Shown here one piece after another: positions 28,025 through 37,274 of a stretch of 64,000 bases of DNA (position 1 is its first letter; each line of letters begins with the position of its first letter). The stretch covers positions 1 to 64,000 of IMG/VR virus record IMGVR_UViG_2061766007_000957. The stretch is one strand, 5' to 3'. A model generated the notes under the pieces. It did not search any database and was not told the origin of the DNA. It saw only the letters and a list, made by a program, of their open reading frames with translations. The position numbers were made by a program, and so were the translations under genes. Source of the stretch: an uncultured virus (IMG/VR IMGVR_UViG_2061766007_000957). Taxonomy: Duplodnaviria; Heunggongvirae; Uroviricota; Caudoviricetes.

Positions 28025-28366
28025 CTACCAACCGGTAGCGATATCAATTTGATTTTTATTTACTTCGGCAAAAGCTCCAGTATCAAGAACAATACCTTCA
28101 CCAAGGCTTGTTTCAATAACCGCCCCGTATGGATGCACATCAAATGGAGCTGCAACTATAACATAATGACCAAACATCTTGACTCCATCTTCCCGCAACC
28201 AATATTGACCATATATACCCCGGTCATGAGCCTTCTCAACAATATTCTCCATAGGTAAGTTATAATAGGTTTCCCTATGGCCATTGAATTGCACAGTGCC
28301 GATGTCCGCATTAAGCATAACAACTGCAAAAAATATATATCCAAACCAACCTATCCATCTTTTCAT
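28025..28366 (-). CDS. Secreted 3D-domain-like (lytic transglycosylase-related) protein
   Basis: Signal-like N-terminus; VIVAA....PYG..IETSLG.G.VLDTG...IDI. Confidence 0.6.
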   Translation of the reverse strand: MKRWIGWFGYIFFAVVMLNADIGTVQFNGHRETYYNLPMENIVEKAHDRGIYGQYWLREDGVKMFGHYVIVAAPFDVHPYGAVIETSLGEGIVLDTGAFAEVNKNQIDIATGW

Positions 28367-28536
28367 GAACCATCCTCCTTCATTCTAAAATGTGATCTAT
28401 CTTCCGGATCCGGAGAAAAGACCATAACGCTATGAGATCCATCTGTCACTTCTGTCATAAGACCGGGAAGCATACCTTTCATTTCTTCCTTGCGTATCTC
28501 TACTAACTGCTTCAAGCTAATTTTTTGTTCTTCCAT
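28363..28536 (-). CDS. Hypothetical protein
   Basis: AGGAGG RBS, short ORF. Confidence 0.55.
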   Translation of the reverse strand: MEEQKISLKQLVEIRKEEMKGMLPGLMTEVTDGSHSVMVFSPDPEDRSHFRMKEDGS

Positions 28537-28549
28537 TTTTACAATCCTC

Positions 28550-28741
28550 CTACAACAAATCAAATATGTAATCCATTTCTAATCCATAATAACCCAGCAT
28601 CATATCCTCTACATCATCATATCCACCTCCATTCTCGAGAATATCATACAATTCCTGACGGGCTTCTTCCCTATGCTGCTGTGCTTCTTCTTTATTATCT
28701 CCATCCCGGTTCATTAAAACTTTTTCAAATTCAGTTATCAT
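28550..28741 (-). CDS. Small acidic phage protein
   Basis: LMNRDG...EEA and GLE.DYIFDLL. Confidence 0.65.
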   Translation of the reverse strand: MITEFEKVLMNRDGDNKEEAQQHREEARQELYDILENGGGYDDVEDMMLGYYGLEMDYIFDLL

Positions 28742-28754
28742 AGCACATCTCCTT

Positions 28755-29699
28755 TCATAGGGTATTCACAAGTATATAATCCATTACAAATTGTTCTTCG
28801 TATCGACCAGTCTTAATCCCCTTTTCACATTCTCTAACAAGACGTAGTATGCCAACCAGTTCTCCGATCCTATATTTGCCTTTATGTCGCAGGGCGTTAT
28901 TGATTTGCCATTGAGTAAGGCCGGTAGTCTTAGATAGATCCTTCGTAGTCTCACAACTTTGAATTTGTAAGACTGCTTTTGTATTGTTATATAATACAGT
29001 TAGCATTACCATTACAGCTTCTCCAACTGCTTTACATTGTTCATACAAATCAAAACAGCTGGGATCTCGATCCAATATCGCATCCACAAAATCAAATATA
29101 GCATCCTTAGGCGGAGTATATATTGTCCCATCCGTAAGAAGCTGCTGAAAAACCATGTCGTAGTCCGCCAGCTTCATTCCTGCGCCATATTGCTTGATTT
29201 TGTCGATTTCCAATAAACAATGCCCATAATCATTTTCACAAGCCTCTATGAGCTTGTCACAATTATTATTTGATAGGGTAATCTCCTTTTGTATGTATTT
29301 CTTTAGTATTTGCGGTTTTAAGGCCTCAAATTCGCAAATAGTATCTTTATATGCCTTGTAGAATTTGGTGCGCTTATCGAGGCTATTAAGCAACAATATC
29401 AAGCAATTATTCTTTAACAACCCATTATTGAGTTGATCTTGGATCTTTTCATTGTTGATTATCTCCCGGTCATCCCGAATAACGTACAGGCTGTTCTTAG
29501 TAAACATTTGCCGCGATTGCAGGATCCCATATATATCTGTTATGCTATCAACATATTTTATATCTAATGTCAGTACTTCGGCTATCTTGTTAATATAAAT
29601 ACGCTGCACCGCCCATTCAGATCCGGAGAATATCAAAAACGATGGAATATCTTTTGTTTGGATATAGTGTTTGATTGTGTTAACATCCATTACATCCAT
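28755..29699 (-). CDS. holA: DNA polymerase III delta subunit
   Basis: IF.G.E, DKRTKFYK, EIDK, IFDFVDAIL, E.GIKTG motifs; adjacent to holB and dnaX. Confidence 0.8.
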   Translation of the reverse strand: MDVMDVNTIKHYIQTKDIPSFLIFSGSEWAVQRIYINKIAEVLTLDIKYVDSITDIYGILQSRQMFTKNSLYVIRDDREIINNEKIQDQLNNGLLKNNCLILLLNSLDKRTKFYKAYKDTICEFEALKPQILKKYIQKEITLSNNNCDKLIEACENDYGHCLLEIDKIKQYGAGMKLADYDMVFQQLLTDGTIYTPPKDAIFDFVDAILDRDPSCFDLYEQCKAVGEAVMVMLTVLYNNTKAVLQIQSCETTKDLSKTTGLTQWQINNALRHKGKYRIGELVGILRLVRECEKGIKTGRYEEQFVMDYILVNTL

Positions 29700-30526
29700 T
29701 CCTTTCTAATATCTAATATCCACAAATCCACCACGCCAGCTTTTGAGATCCCTTTAATCCGGAGATCCTTCAAATAGGTGCTAGTCACAAGCATACCTTT
29801 CATATAATAATTTTCTCCGGTACTGGTATAGCGATCATAACAAATTTTGATAAACAATTTGAAAAACAATTTCAAATCATACCCGGTCGCATCTTCTTTG
29901 AGCTTTAATTGATCCGCCAGCTTAAATACATTTGCACCATTCACCGTAGATATATTATCTACCGTTTTATTGACAAAGTTAAAAAACTCTTCTATGTTGT
30001 ATGAATATAGCAGATCAATCTCTCCCGGTGTCTCACAAGCATCGACAGCTTTTATAATATCGTTTTTATATCCCTTAAGATCCGCATACTCCTGTAACTG
30101 GCTTGGAAGATAAGGCTGCATCAATAATATAGTAGCCCTGCTCCGGATAGTTTCTAATGTATTATTAACATCAATCAAAGTCATGATAATATATACATTT
30201 TTAGGTGGCTCTTCCGTCACCTTCAACAAAGCATTTTTTGCTGGCGTTGACATATCATCTGCATCCGGAATAAGACATACATGATTTGTGCCAGCTAACT
30301 TATTACTATCCACTATGAGCTGCCGAACATCATCTACAGTCTTACCATATACACTAAAAATATTTTCCATGCTACTAGTTTGACTATTATCAAACTGCTC
30401 TCGAATATATTGAAACATTTCCTTCTTGCCACTACCTTCAGGTCCACAAAAAATACAAAACCGAGGAAACTTATTTGCCTTTATTAACCGGCGAACATTC
30501 TTTAATAATCTCTCCTGTCCTATCAT
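29690..30526 (-). CDS. holB: DNA polymerase III delta-prime subunit
   Basis: IGQ, GPEGSGK, NALLKVTEEPP, TIRSR. Confidence 0.88.
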   Translation of the reverse strand: MIGQERLLKNVRRLIKANKFPRFCIFCGPEGSGKKEMFQYIREQFDNSQTSSMENIFSVYGKTVDDVRQLIVDSNKLAGTNHVCLIPDADDMSTPAKNALLKVTEEPPKNVYIIMTLIDVNNTLETIRSRATILLMQPYLPSQLQEYADLKGYKNDIIKAVDACETPGEIDLLYSYNIEEFFNFVNKTVDNISTVNGANVFKLADQLKLKEDATGYDLKLFFKLFIKICYDRYTSTGENYYMKGMLVTSTYLKDLRIKGISKAGVVDLWILDIRKEWM

Positions 30527-31569
30527 TTTCTTCCTCCTTCTATAAAGCGGACTAGATATGCTTCAATATCATATTTGACTGAACTCGAATATTTAATCTC
30601 CGCGTTAATTTGCATCACAAGATCCAAAAGATCAAAACATATTCCTATATCATAATCATCGAGATCCTGCAACCATTTTGTATATTGATCTAACTTGGGA
30701 ATATTAATATATTTCCAATCGCAGCCAACTATGACCTTTTGAACATCAAGCAAAAACTGCAAATACAATTTAACAAATTGCTTTAATTCTTTGCCCTGCA
30801 AATATAACTGCTCAATGATAGATATAACCTCTTTTGTATCCTGCTCGATAATCTTATCTGTCAAAGTTAACATATCGTCGTATTCAGCTGTTCCCAGCAC
30901 ATTAACTACATTCTGTAATGTAAGCTCCGGATTATATGCCAAACACTTGTCCATCATAGTGATGGCATCCCGCATCCCGCCATCAGCTATCTTAGCAATA
31001 TAATCAATCGCTTCCGGATCAATATTAGAAAATTCACCTGCTTTGTTTTGTTCTGCATTAATGATATAAGTCAATCTCCTTACAATACCTGCATGACTTA
31101 TTCTTTGAAAATCATATCGCTGTACCCTGCTCAATATTGTCTTTGGAATCTTTTGCGGATCTGTTGTGCAGAAAATAAAAATGGATTTTGCTGGCGGCTC
31201 TTCGATCAACTTTAGAAAAGCTTGCCACCCGGTGTTACTGATACTATGGCATTCATCAATGATAAATACCTTATATTCACTGTCAATACTTTTTGTCTTT
31301 GCCTGCTGAATGATGCTTCGAACATCATCTACTCCATTATGACTGGCCGCATCCATCTCAATTGGATTGCCTTGACCATTGTTGATCTCATTTGCGAAGA
31401 TACGGGCACAAGTAGTTTTACCTGTGCCCGCACCACCACAAAACAGATATACATTCTTTATCGTCCCGGTCTCAAGTTGCTGGCGAAGAATAGTTTTGAT
31501 GCTTCCCTGCTCCATCACATCTTCAAAATCCTGCGGACGATATTTGACTGCTAAGGTCTGTTCTGACAT
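30523..31569 (-). CDS. dnaX: DNA polymerase III gamma/tau (clamp-loader ATPase)
   Basis: KYRPQDF, GGAGTGKTT, IIDECH, LK.IEEPP, TILSR, GGMRDA. Confidence 0.94.
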   Translation of the reverse strand: MSEQTLAVKYRPQDFEDVMEQGSIKTILRQQLETGTIKNVYLFCGGAGTGKTTCARIFANEINNGQGNPIEMDAASHNGVDDVRSIIQQAKTKSIDSEYKVFIIDECHSISNTGWQAFLKLIEEPPAKSIFIFCTTDPQKIPKTILSRVQRYDFQRISHAGIVRRLTYIINAEQNKAGEFSNIDPEAIDYIAKIADGGMRDAITMMDKCLAYNPELTLQNVVNVLGTAEYDDMLTLTDKIIEQDTKEVISIIEQLYLQGKELKQFVKLYLQFLLDVQKVIVGCDWKYINIPKLDQYTKWLQDLDDYDIGICFDLLDLVMQINAEIKYSSSVKYDIEAYLVRFIEGGRK

Positions 31570-31979
31570 TAGTGATCCTCCTTCTCAACATAATACATAT
31601 CCAAAAAATCATCATGCTTGAGCTCATAATCACCGATAAACTGGATCATGTCATTATGAGTAGATACCCGGACATATTTGTTCTTGGTTTGTTCACTAGC
31701 TGAGATCTTATATCCCTCGACCTGATTAGTCTGACAAAAGAAACAACGATTCTTATAAGTACCGACCATCAAATACCCGGTCTTGCTAATTTTGGTTTCG
31801 CAGCCATTCCTGAATATAAGCTGCATAATCTTACGATCCGGATTGTTAGATTTGATCATTGTAATGGTGATATCGTTGGCCACCCGGTCGCCGTACCTGC
31901 GCTCCTTCTTCATCCAGGTCATTTTTGACATGACTTCCTCTTTGTACTTGTCTACCGACAATGCAACTTTTGCTTTCAT
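31569..31979 (-). CDS. Hypothetical protein
   Basis: 136 aa with AGGAGG RBS. Confidence 0.7.
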   Translation of the reverse strand: MKAKVALSVDKYKEEVMSKMTWMKKERRYGDRVANDITITMIKSNNPDRKIMQLIFRNGCETKISKTGYLMVGTYKNRCFFCQTNQVEGYKISASEQTKNKYVRVSTHNDMIQFIGDYELKHDDFLDMYYVEKEDH

Positions 31980-31997
31980 ACTTACTTCTTCCTCCTT

Positions 31998-32330
31998 TTA
32001 TTGGTTTTGTAGTGCATCTTGCATTTTGATGAAAGTTCTTTCATCGACTATATAATAACGATCTCCGTTATTACCAAAATCAAAACACAATGTGTTATAA
32101 GGCCTGCCCATTGCAAATGCTTCTTCCCGGTTTTTTAACAGCCATTCTTTTTTGATAGCAAAAGACTTTTTTTCCTGCATGCAGGTCTTACATTCAATAA
32201 GCCATTCATCTGTCAGGACATCTCCTTTTGAGAAGGCGGTAGCGCCACTATTCACAACCTGCTTTCCTCCCATCTGTTTAGCTACCGCCTTCTCCTGCCT
32301 GTTGCTATAAAATCTTGTCGGCTTATTCAT
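31998..32330 (-). CDS. Holliday-junction resolvase-like PD-(D/E)XK nuclease
   Basis: QEK.VAK, NSGA, KGDV, LIECKT. Confidence 0.75.
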   Translation of the reverse strand: MNKPTRFYSNRQEKAVAKQMGGKQVVNSGATAFSKGDVLTDEWLIECKTCMQEKKSFAIKKEWLLKNREEAFAMGRPYNTLCFDFGNNGDRYYIVDERTFIKMQDALQNQ

Positions 32331-32646
32331 CCTGATCCTTCTCTATTTGCAGGAACATAACCCCGCGATATACGAAAGAAAAATGAACCGGATAGACATC
32401 TTGATCAACAATCTCTTTGATCAATGGAACCTCTACTGCATTTGCCAGCTCCTGAATACCGGAGAAGACATGAACAAATGGAACATCCTTACCAGTGGAA
32501 GTATCATAGGCGCTAAATACAGAGCACATGCTAACTTCCGGGTGGCCAGCTTCCAAAGTTAAAGGCTTCTCAAATACAGCCTTGACCGCCAGCACCGAAT
32601 CCACTACCTGATCCAGATACTGCTTACCAATTTCATTCATTGACAA
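32323..32646 (-). CDS. Hypothetical protein
   Basis: 107 aa, coupled to neighbours. Confidence 0.65.
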   Translation of the reverse strand: MSMNEIGKQYLDQVVDSVLAVKAVFEKPLTLEAGHPEVSMCSVFSAYDTSTGKDVPFVHVFSGIQELANAVEVPLIKEIVDQDVYPVHFSFVYRGVMFLQIEKDQDE

Positions 32647-33217
32647 TTTCCTCCATTTCTGTGATTGCGCTCTTGATCACCCAGCCCGTCCAGGTAATCG
32701 CTTGCAATTGTTTTCTATATGAAGCCACTGCTGCATGCAGCTCTTCATCGCTTTCAAATGGGCTAACATACCCATGACCACCGCACTCGGGTCCAATTCC
32801 GAAGAACTGGGATATCGGATTTGTCAATCGCTTACCACATTTCATACAGGTACAAATCTTCTCCGCATATATATCCCCGTGCAGCTCCATCTGATACATC
32901 CCGCGGGTTTCCTTAATGATATGACCAATCATAGTACGTAAAGGCATTGGGTTATTATTGTTCCATTTTGCCATAAAATCGAAACCGGGATCCGCTGGCT
33001 TGGTCATATACTGCTTAACCGTGATCTTATACTCCTTCGTATCGCCTTGTTTTTGCCCCCCAGCGCGCTCATTTAGGTGGATATTTAGCCCCGAGCATAG
33101 TAAAATATGGATTTCACCGGAAATGGCCTTATTTTCGCAAATAAACGCGTCAATATTATCATATATCGTGCCATTAACCTGAACTTTGCCTTCCCAGCCC
33201 TTTAACATTGATAACAT
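32633..33217 (-). CDS. DUF6011-like Zn-binding protein
   Basis: CMKCGKRLTNPIS...GIGPEC. Confidence 0.7.
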   Translation of the reverse strand: MLSMLKGWEGKVQVNGTIYDNIDAFICENKAISGEIHILLCSGLNIHLNERAGGQKQGDTKEYKITVKQYMTKPADPGFDFMAKWNNNNPMPLRTMIGHIIKETRGMYQMELHGDIYAEKICTCMKCGKRLTNPISQFFGIGPECGGHGYVSPFESDEELHAAVASYRKQLQAITWTGWVIKSAITEMEEIVNE

Positions 33218-33523
33218 TTAATCCACCTCCTCCCCATAATCGCCATAATCAGCTATCTCACAATTGGGATATTCCTTATAGAAGATCTCAAACAACTCAT
33301 CCGGATCCTCGGCTTCAATATTAGCTCCAAACTGCGTTCCATCAAACTTATAAGCCGATACCCAATATTCCTTCTTGTCCACCTCTTCAAAATCCCCTTC
33401 GCAATAAGGGCAATAGTACATTGTTTCATATGCTGGGAATCCCCAGTACTCGCCCCTGCTTTCCTGCACAGCTTTTGGCTCTGTAAAAATACGACCACAA
33501 TCCAAACACTTAAATGCTGCCAT
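33218..33523 (-). CDS. Zn-ribbon + acidic-domain hypothetical protein
   Basis: CLDCG..F..P and CPYC; AAGGAGG RBS. Confidence 0.7.
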   Translation of the reverse strand: MAAFKCLDCGRIFTEPKAVQESRGEYWGFPAYETMYYCPYCEGDFEEVDKKEYWVSAYKFDGTQFGANIEAEDPDELFEIFYKEYPNCEIADYGDYGEEVD

Positions 33524-33535
33524 ATTCCCACCTCC

Positions 33536-33796
33536 TTAGTATATTGATCCCCAGCAAATATCATAGGGAACTTTACCGGACAATGCTGCATCCTGCTTAG
33601 CAAAAACATAATCCATATGTTCCTGAATTGTTCTGCCGTAGGTAGCTGCCCATTTGTTATGGAGATCTTCCCAGTACGGTGCGAAAGCTTCCTGTATCTG
33701 CTGACTGCAGTATCCGCAACCAAGTTCGTATTCAGCATTCTCCTGCATTTGCAGTTCATCCATCTGCTTGAGTAATTCCTTGCGTTCCCTCGTCAT
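33536..33796 (-). CDS. Hypothetical protein
   Basis: 86 aa with GAGGAGG RBS. Confidence 0.7.
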   Translation of the reverse strand: MTRERKELLKQMDELQMQENAEYELGCGYCSQQIQEAFAPYWEDLHNKWAATYGRTIQEHMDYVFAKQDAALSGKVPYDICWGSIY

Positions 33797-33798
33797 AA

Positions 33799-34518
33799 TT
33801 ACACCTCCTCGATCTTGGCGATCTCACCCAGCTTGTTATTGTGGTTAACCCTTGCAAGGTATCTTATCAATTCCATCATACCGGCTACTACGAATATTTT
33901 CTGATTGCCGTCCTTAAAGTATACCTTGAATTCTGACATAGCTGACTGGGCTATTTCTGTGGACTCATCAATCTCTTCCTCGGGCTGCTGTACCTTAGCC
34001 AGCTCACTTTTGATTTCTGCCAGCGTCCATTTGTAATCATGATCCGGATACCTGTCATGCATCCATACATTATCAATTGCCATATCCCAGTAATTCTCAC
34101 CCGATACAAAACTGTGATATAATACGTTACCGGTCTTGGGACTGTAGCCATCGGTTGTCTCCTCTGTATGTGCCCACATACCGTGACTGCATCCAGCTGC
34201 TCCAACCTTAAAACAAACATAACCTGTAAATCCAAGTTCAATAGCCTGCTCCAAAAACTTCTTCATCTGCTTGAGCTGGGATACGGAAAGGGTGTCATTC
34301 CACCAATCAAAGATCGAAAGGTCATTACATACGGAAGAAATCTTAATTGTCCATCCTGCATGGCTATCATAGCCGCGATGAATAAATCTAACCAGCGATC
34401 CTTCGGGAGCTTTGTAATCATGTCCCAGCTGCTGATGCTCCTGAAGCATCTGAATGTAAGCCTTTACCTGCTCTAATACTACTGCTGCGTTTTTGTCTGC
34501 GTAATTTGTTCTTGCCAT
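33799..34518 (-). CDS. Hypothetical early protein
   Basis: 239 aa; AAGGAGG RBS; lies just downstream of the hammerhead. Confidence 0.75.
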   Translation of the reverse strand: MARTNYADKNAAVVLEQVKAYIQMLQEHQQLGHDYKAPEGSLVRFIHRGYDSHAGWTIKISSVCNDLSIFDWWNDTLSVSQLKQMKKFLEQAIELGFTGYVCFKVGAAGCSHGMWAHTEETTDGYSPKTGNVLYHSFVSGENYWDMAIDNVWMHDRYPDHDYKWTLAEIKSELAKVQQPEEEIDESTEIAQSAMSEFKVYFKDGNQKIFVVAGMMELIRYLARVNHNNKLGEIAKIEEV

Positions 34519-34556
34519 AATCTGTTCCTCCTTGTTTATAGGTTCTATAGTGGCTT

Positions 34557-34613
34557 GCCATCGTCAGATCCCAAGTTGCCATCTTAGGATGACGCCCCGA
34601 AGGGCGTTTCGGC
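34557..34613 (-). ncRNA. Hammerhead ribozyme (type II)
   Basis: GCC-GAAA-CGCCC(UUCG)GGGCG-UC^-AUCCUAAG(AUGGCAA)CUUGGGAU-CUGACGA-U-GGC: complete catalytic core and three stems. Confidence 0.85.
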
Positions 34614-34618
34614 TTTTA

Positions 34619-34939
34619 TTAGTCTGCAATCTTTTCGAACTGCATCTCTACGATCTCAACTTCGTGATCCCAAAATGTTACATCGTAGATATCACCTGCT
34701 TTGTAGTGCTTGTAGATCCAGCTGCGCTTTGCATCACATAATCTGGTGTAGCCATACTTGTCAACCATCCACGTGCACATCTCCATCTTGGAATACATTG
34801 CTTCGGCTGCGCTGCCCGTATTCGAAAGCATTAACTGATCCTTTCCAAAATAGGACACACTTTCCATGCCTGCGAAGTTCGGATTATTCTCTCTTGCCTT
34901 GCTTGTTACCTTTACCAAATACCTTTTCTGCATTGCCAT
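34619..34939 (-). CDS. Hypothetical early protein
   Basis: First gene after the promoter at 35002-35030; AAGGAGG RBS. Confidence 0.75.
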   Translation of the reverse strand: MAMQKRYLVKVTSKARENNPNFAGMESVSYFGKDQLMLSNTGSAAEAMYSKMEMCTWMVDKYGYTRLCDAKRSWIYKHYKAGDIYDVTFWDHEVEIVEMQFEKIAD

Positions 34940-34993
34940 ATTGCTACCTCCTTCGGTTTATAGGGTTTATAGGTTTCGGGGCATATCATGCCC

Positions 34994-35030
34994 TCGTAAA
35001 TATTATACGATATATTTAGGATAAATACAA
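34994..35030 (-). promoter_or_regulatory. Sigma-A promoter with 17-bp quasi-palindrome over the -10
   Basis: TTGTAT-17-TATAAT; TCGTAAATATTATACGA identical at 47939 and 55612. Confidence 0.85.
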
Positions 35031-35043
35031 CCCCAGTTTATAG

Positions 35044-35073
35044 AAAATAAAGGGGCGGCAAAGCCCCTTATTT
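35044..35073 (-). terminator. Rho-independent terminator after recA
   Basis: AGGGGC-TTTGCC-GCCCCT then TTATTTT. Confidence 0.75.
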
Positions 35074-35082
35074 CCTGCATTT

Positions 35083-36117
35083 CTAAATATCTAAATCCAT
35101 TCGATTATTAACAAGGATTTCCACCTGCTCCATTATATCCGGATTTTCATCCAAAAATTTAGCTACATTGGCTTGCCCTTGAATCTTATCCTTTAACACT
35201 TCTCCTGTGTCGGTATTAGTAATAGTAAACCATGATCCGCTTTTATCAATAATATTGTAAAAGATTGCTTGATCAATTAGATCTGTCAAATAATCAATGC
35301 CAGTATCATAGTTAATTGTATACTGCCCAACGTGGCGACTTGGCCTGCATGATTTAGTCTTAACCATATTAACGCAAATCTTTTGACTGCTGGGTTCACC
35401 AGAACTTCGGGATAAAGCTTTACCAAGTTCATCAAGATAAGATCCTTTTCTAAATTCAATACGGGTTGTACAAAAATGCTTCCATGCTCTACCACCTGGA
35501 GTATTTAACAAACCGGGAATGGTTGAATTGATCTTATCTCTAACTTGGTTTATACCTATACCCATACATTCATTCTTTGCGCAAGGACCAACAACAGCTC
35601 TACTAAATCTGGTAAGTGCTCCAGATATGCCAGCTACCCGTGCGTCATCTGTAAGATCCTTTTCCAAATCATTCTTGCTTGTCAAGCAGGGAATACTATC
35701 AAGCACCCATAAACCGACTTCGCCAGTTTCCACTACATCAATTATCATTTGAAATATTTCTTCGGCTGATTGGGTCTTTGGTTGCAGCAATGTAATATTG
35801 TTTACATCAACCCCTATCTTTTGAGCCCATTCGGTATCAAGGGTATTTTCAGCATCGATATATAACACCTCCCGATCAGGATACAGGTTTTGGAAATTGG
35901 CAACCATATCTAATGCGGTTGTTGTTTTGCCACCACCCTCTTCGCCAAAAAACTCCACAAGCCTTCCCAGCGGTAATCCACCATACGTGATATAATTCAT
36001 TTTTGGACTGGTGAATGGGATCCGTTTATATTCATATTCCGGAAGTCCACGCACAATAATTTCTTCCTTCGCTTCTTTGTTTATCTTCTTCATTATTTCA
36101 TCAAGCTTCGCTCCCAT
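35083..36117 (-). CDS. recA: RecA recombinase
   Basis: GGLPLGR.VE, GEEGGGKTT, YIDAE, LDS, INQVRDKI, TPGGRA, GSWF. Confidence 0.94.
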   Translation of the reverse strand: MGAKLDEIMKKINKEAKEEIIVRGLPEYEYKRIPFTSPKMNYITYGGLPLGRLVEFFGEEGGGKTTTALDMVANFQNLYPDREVLYIDAENTLDTEWAQKIGVDVNNITLLQPKTQSAEEIFQMIIDVVETGEVGLWVLDSIPCLTSKNDLEKDLTDDARVAGISGALTRFSRAVVGPCAKNECMGIGINQVRDKINSTIPGLLNTPGGRAWKHFCTTRIEFRKGSYLDELGKALSRSSGEPSSQKICVNMVKTKSCRPSRHVGQYTINYDTGIDYLTDLIDQAIFYNIIDKSGSWFTITNTDTGEVLKDKIQGQANVAKFLDENPDIMEQVEILVNNRMDLDI

Positions 36118-36283
36118 TTTGTTCCTCCTGTTCTGTTAATGTAATATGGTAATATATATCTGCACCACAATGGCTGCACTTACAAACCTGAACTATGCCT
36201 TCACCTTCTAAACCAAAATCCTCATAACTAAAATCGGCTTGCCATATAACCGATCTGTGGCCACAATGAAAACATTCGTACAT
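36101..36283 (-). CDS. Small Zn-ribbon protein
   Basis: CFHCG..VIWQADF...CSHCGA. Confidence 0.7.
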   Translation of the reverse strand: MYECFHCGHRSVIWQADFSYEDFGLEGEGIVQVCKCSHCGADIYYHITLTEQEEQNGSEA

Positions 36284-36810
36284 TATCTACCTCCATTAAA
36301 GTTTGTCATTTCTTCTTCTGTAATGCGGTGGGATAAAACTTTCTTGCAGCTCCCTAACAACTCCTGCGCATTTTCTACTTTGCCCTTTACCGTTTTATAT
36401 GCCCGAGTATATGCTGAAGATATTAAAGCCTCTTCCTGACTCGCCAGCGCCGCAAGAGTATCCTTATCTGCAATTGTTCCGGATGACTGGGCATTGCGGT
36501 TTGTGTTGTATACTTCCTTGTATACTGCCTTCGCTATATCATCTCGGATCCCCAGCTGTTCACATAAGCCGCCAGCAAAGTATATAAACGTTGACAGGTT
36601 CATGCAAAAATCCTCCAACTCAGCAGTTGTTGGTGGGTTCTCCCCATTCTTCAAACAATCCTTAATGAATAAAACATAATCATCAAGATCCTGCACATAA
36701 GGCTTGATGATATCATCTACTATTTCATCTAATTGCTGGGAATTTATTTCTATTCTTCCCTTAATCATCTCCAGTTGCTTGATATCATCTTTTTTAATTT
36801 CGTATTTCAT
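36283..36810 (-). CDS. Coiled-coil protein, possible UvsY-like recombination mediator
   Basis: Helical, T.ADK motif, between recU and recA. Confidence 0.45.
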   Translation of the reverse strand: MKYEIKKDDIKQLEMIKGRIEINSQQLDEIVDDIIKPYVQDLDDYVLFIKDCLKNGENPPTTAELEDFCMNLSTFIYFAGGLCEQLGIRDDIAKAVYKEVYNTNRNAQSSGTIADKDTLAALASQEEALISSAYTRAYKTVKGKVENAQELLGSCKKVLSHRITEEEMTNFNGGR

Positions 36811-37274
36811 AAGATCACCTCCTCAAAAAACGATGTCATATCATATTCGAAAAACACCCTTTTTCTTTTTCCAGATATAGGTTTCAAAATCATATTATAT
36901 GGATCCGCATCATATCTAATGCTTTTGTAGCCCTGCTCTTTCATATGCTCTAATGCTTGTATAGGAATAAACAAAGTAACCTGCTTATCTATAAACCAGC
37001 AAATAATGCCAGCATGCACCCCCGATATTTTTGATTTTTGTAACATGCCATTCCATTGAGTAGTAGTAATATTAGAAAACGGTAAGCTGGCTCCCTTAAC
37101 ACTTTTGCATTCAACATAATATTCGTATGGCTCTTTATAGACAATAAAGTCACATATATTTGCTGCGCCCTTGTACTGCATTGTTTGATCAGGAATACGA
37201 TCTATACTAACACCAGGAACTCTTTCAAAAGCTTCCCGTATTATTGGTTCAAATTGCTTTCCTCGGTTAGCCAT
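36807..37274 (-). CDS. recU: RecU-like Holliday junction resolvase
   Basis: NRGKQFE, CDF, VECKS, LPFSNI...Q. Confidence 0.82.
   Translation of the reverse strand: MANRGKQFEPIIREAFERVPGVSIDRIPDQTMQYKGAANICDFIVYKEPYEYYVECKSVKGASLPFSNITTTQWNGMLQKSKISGVHAGIICWFIDKQVTLFIPIQALEHMKEQGYKSIRYDADPYNMILKPISGKRKRVFFEYDMTSFFEEVIL

Noticed and set aside
33253..33759. 168-aa alternative-frame ORF
   Set aside because: Overlaps two RBS-supported genes on the same strand; no RBS.
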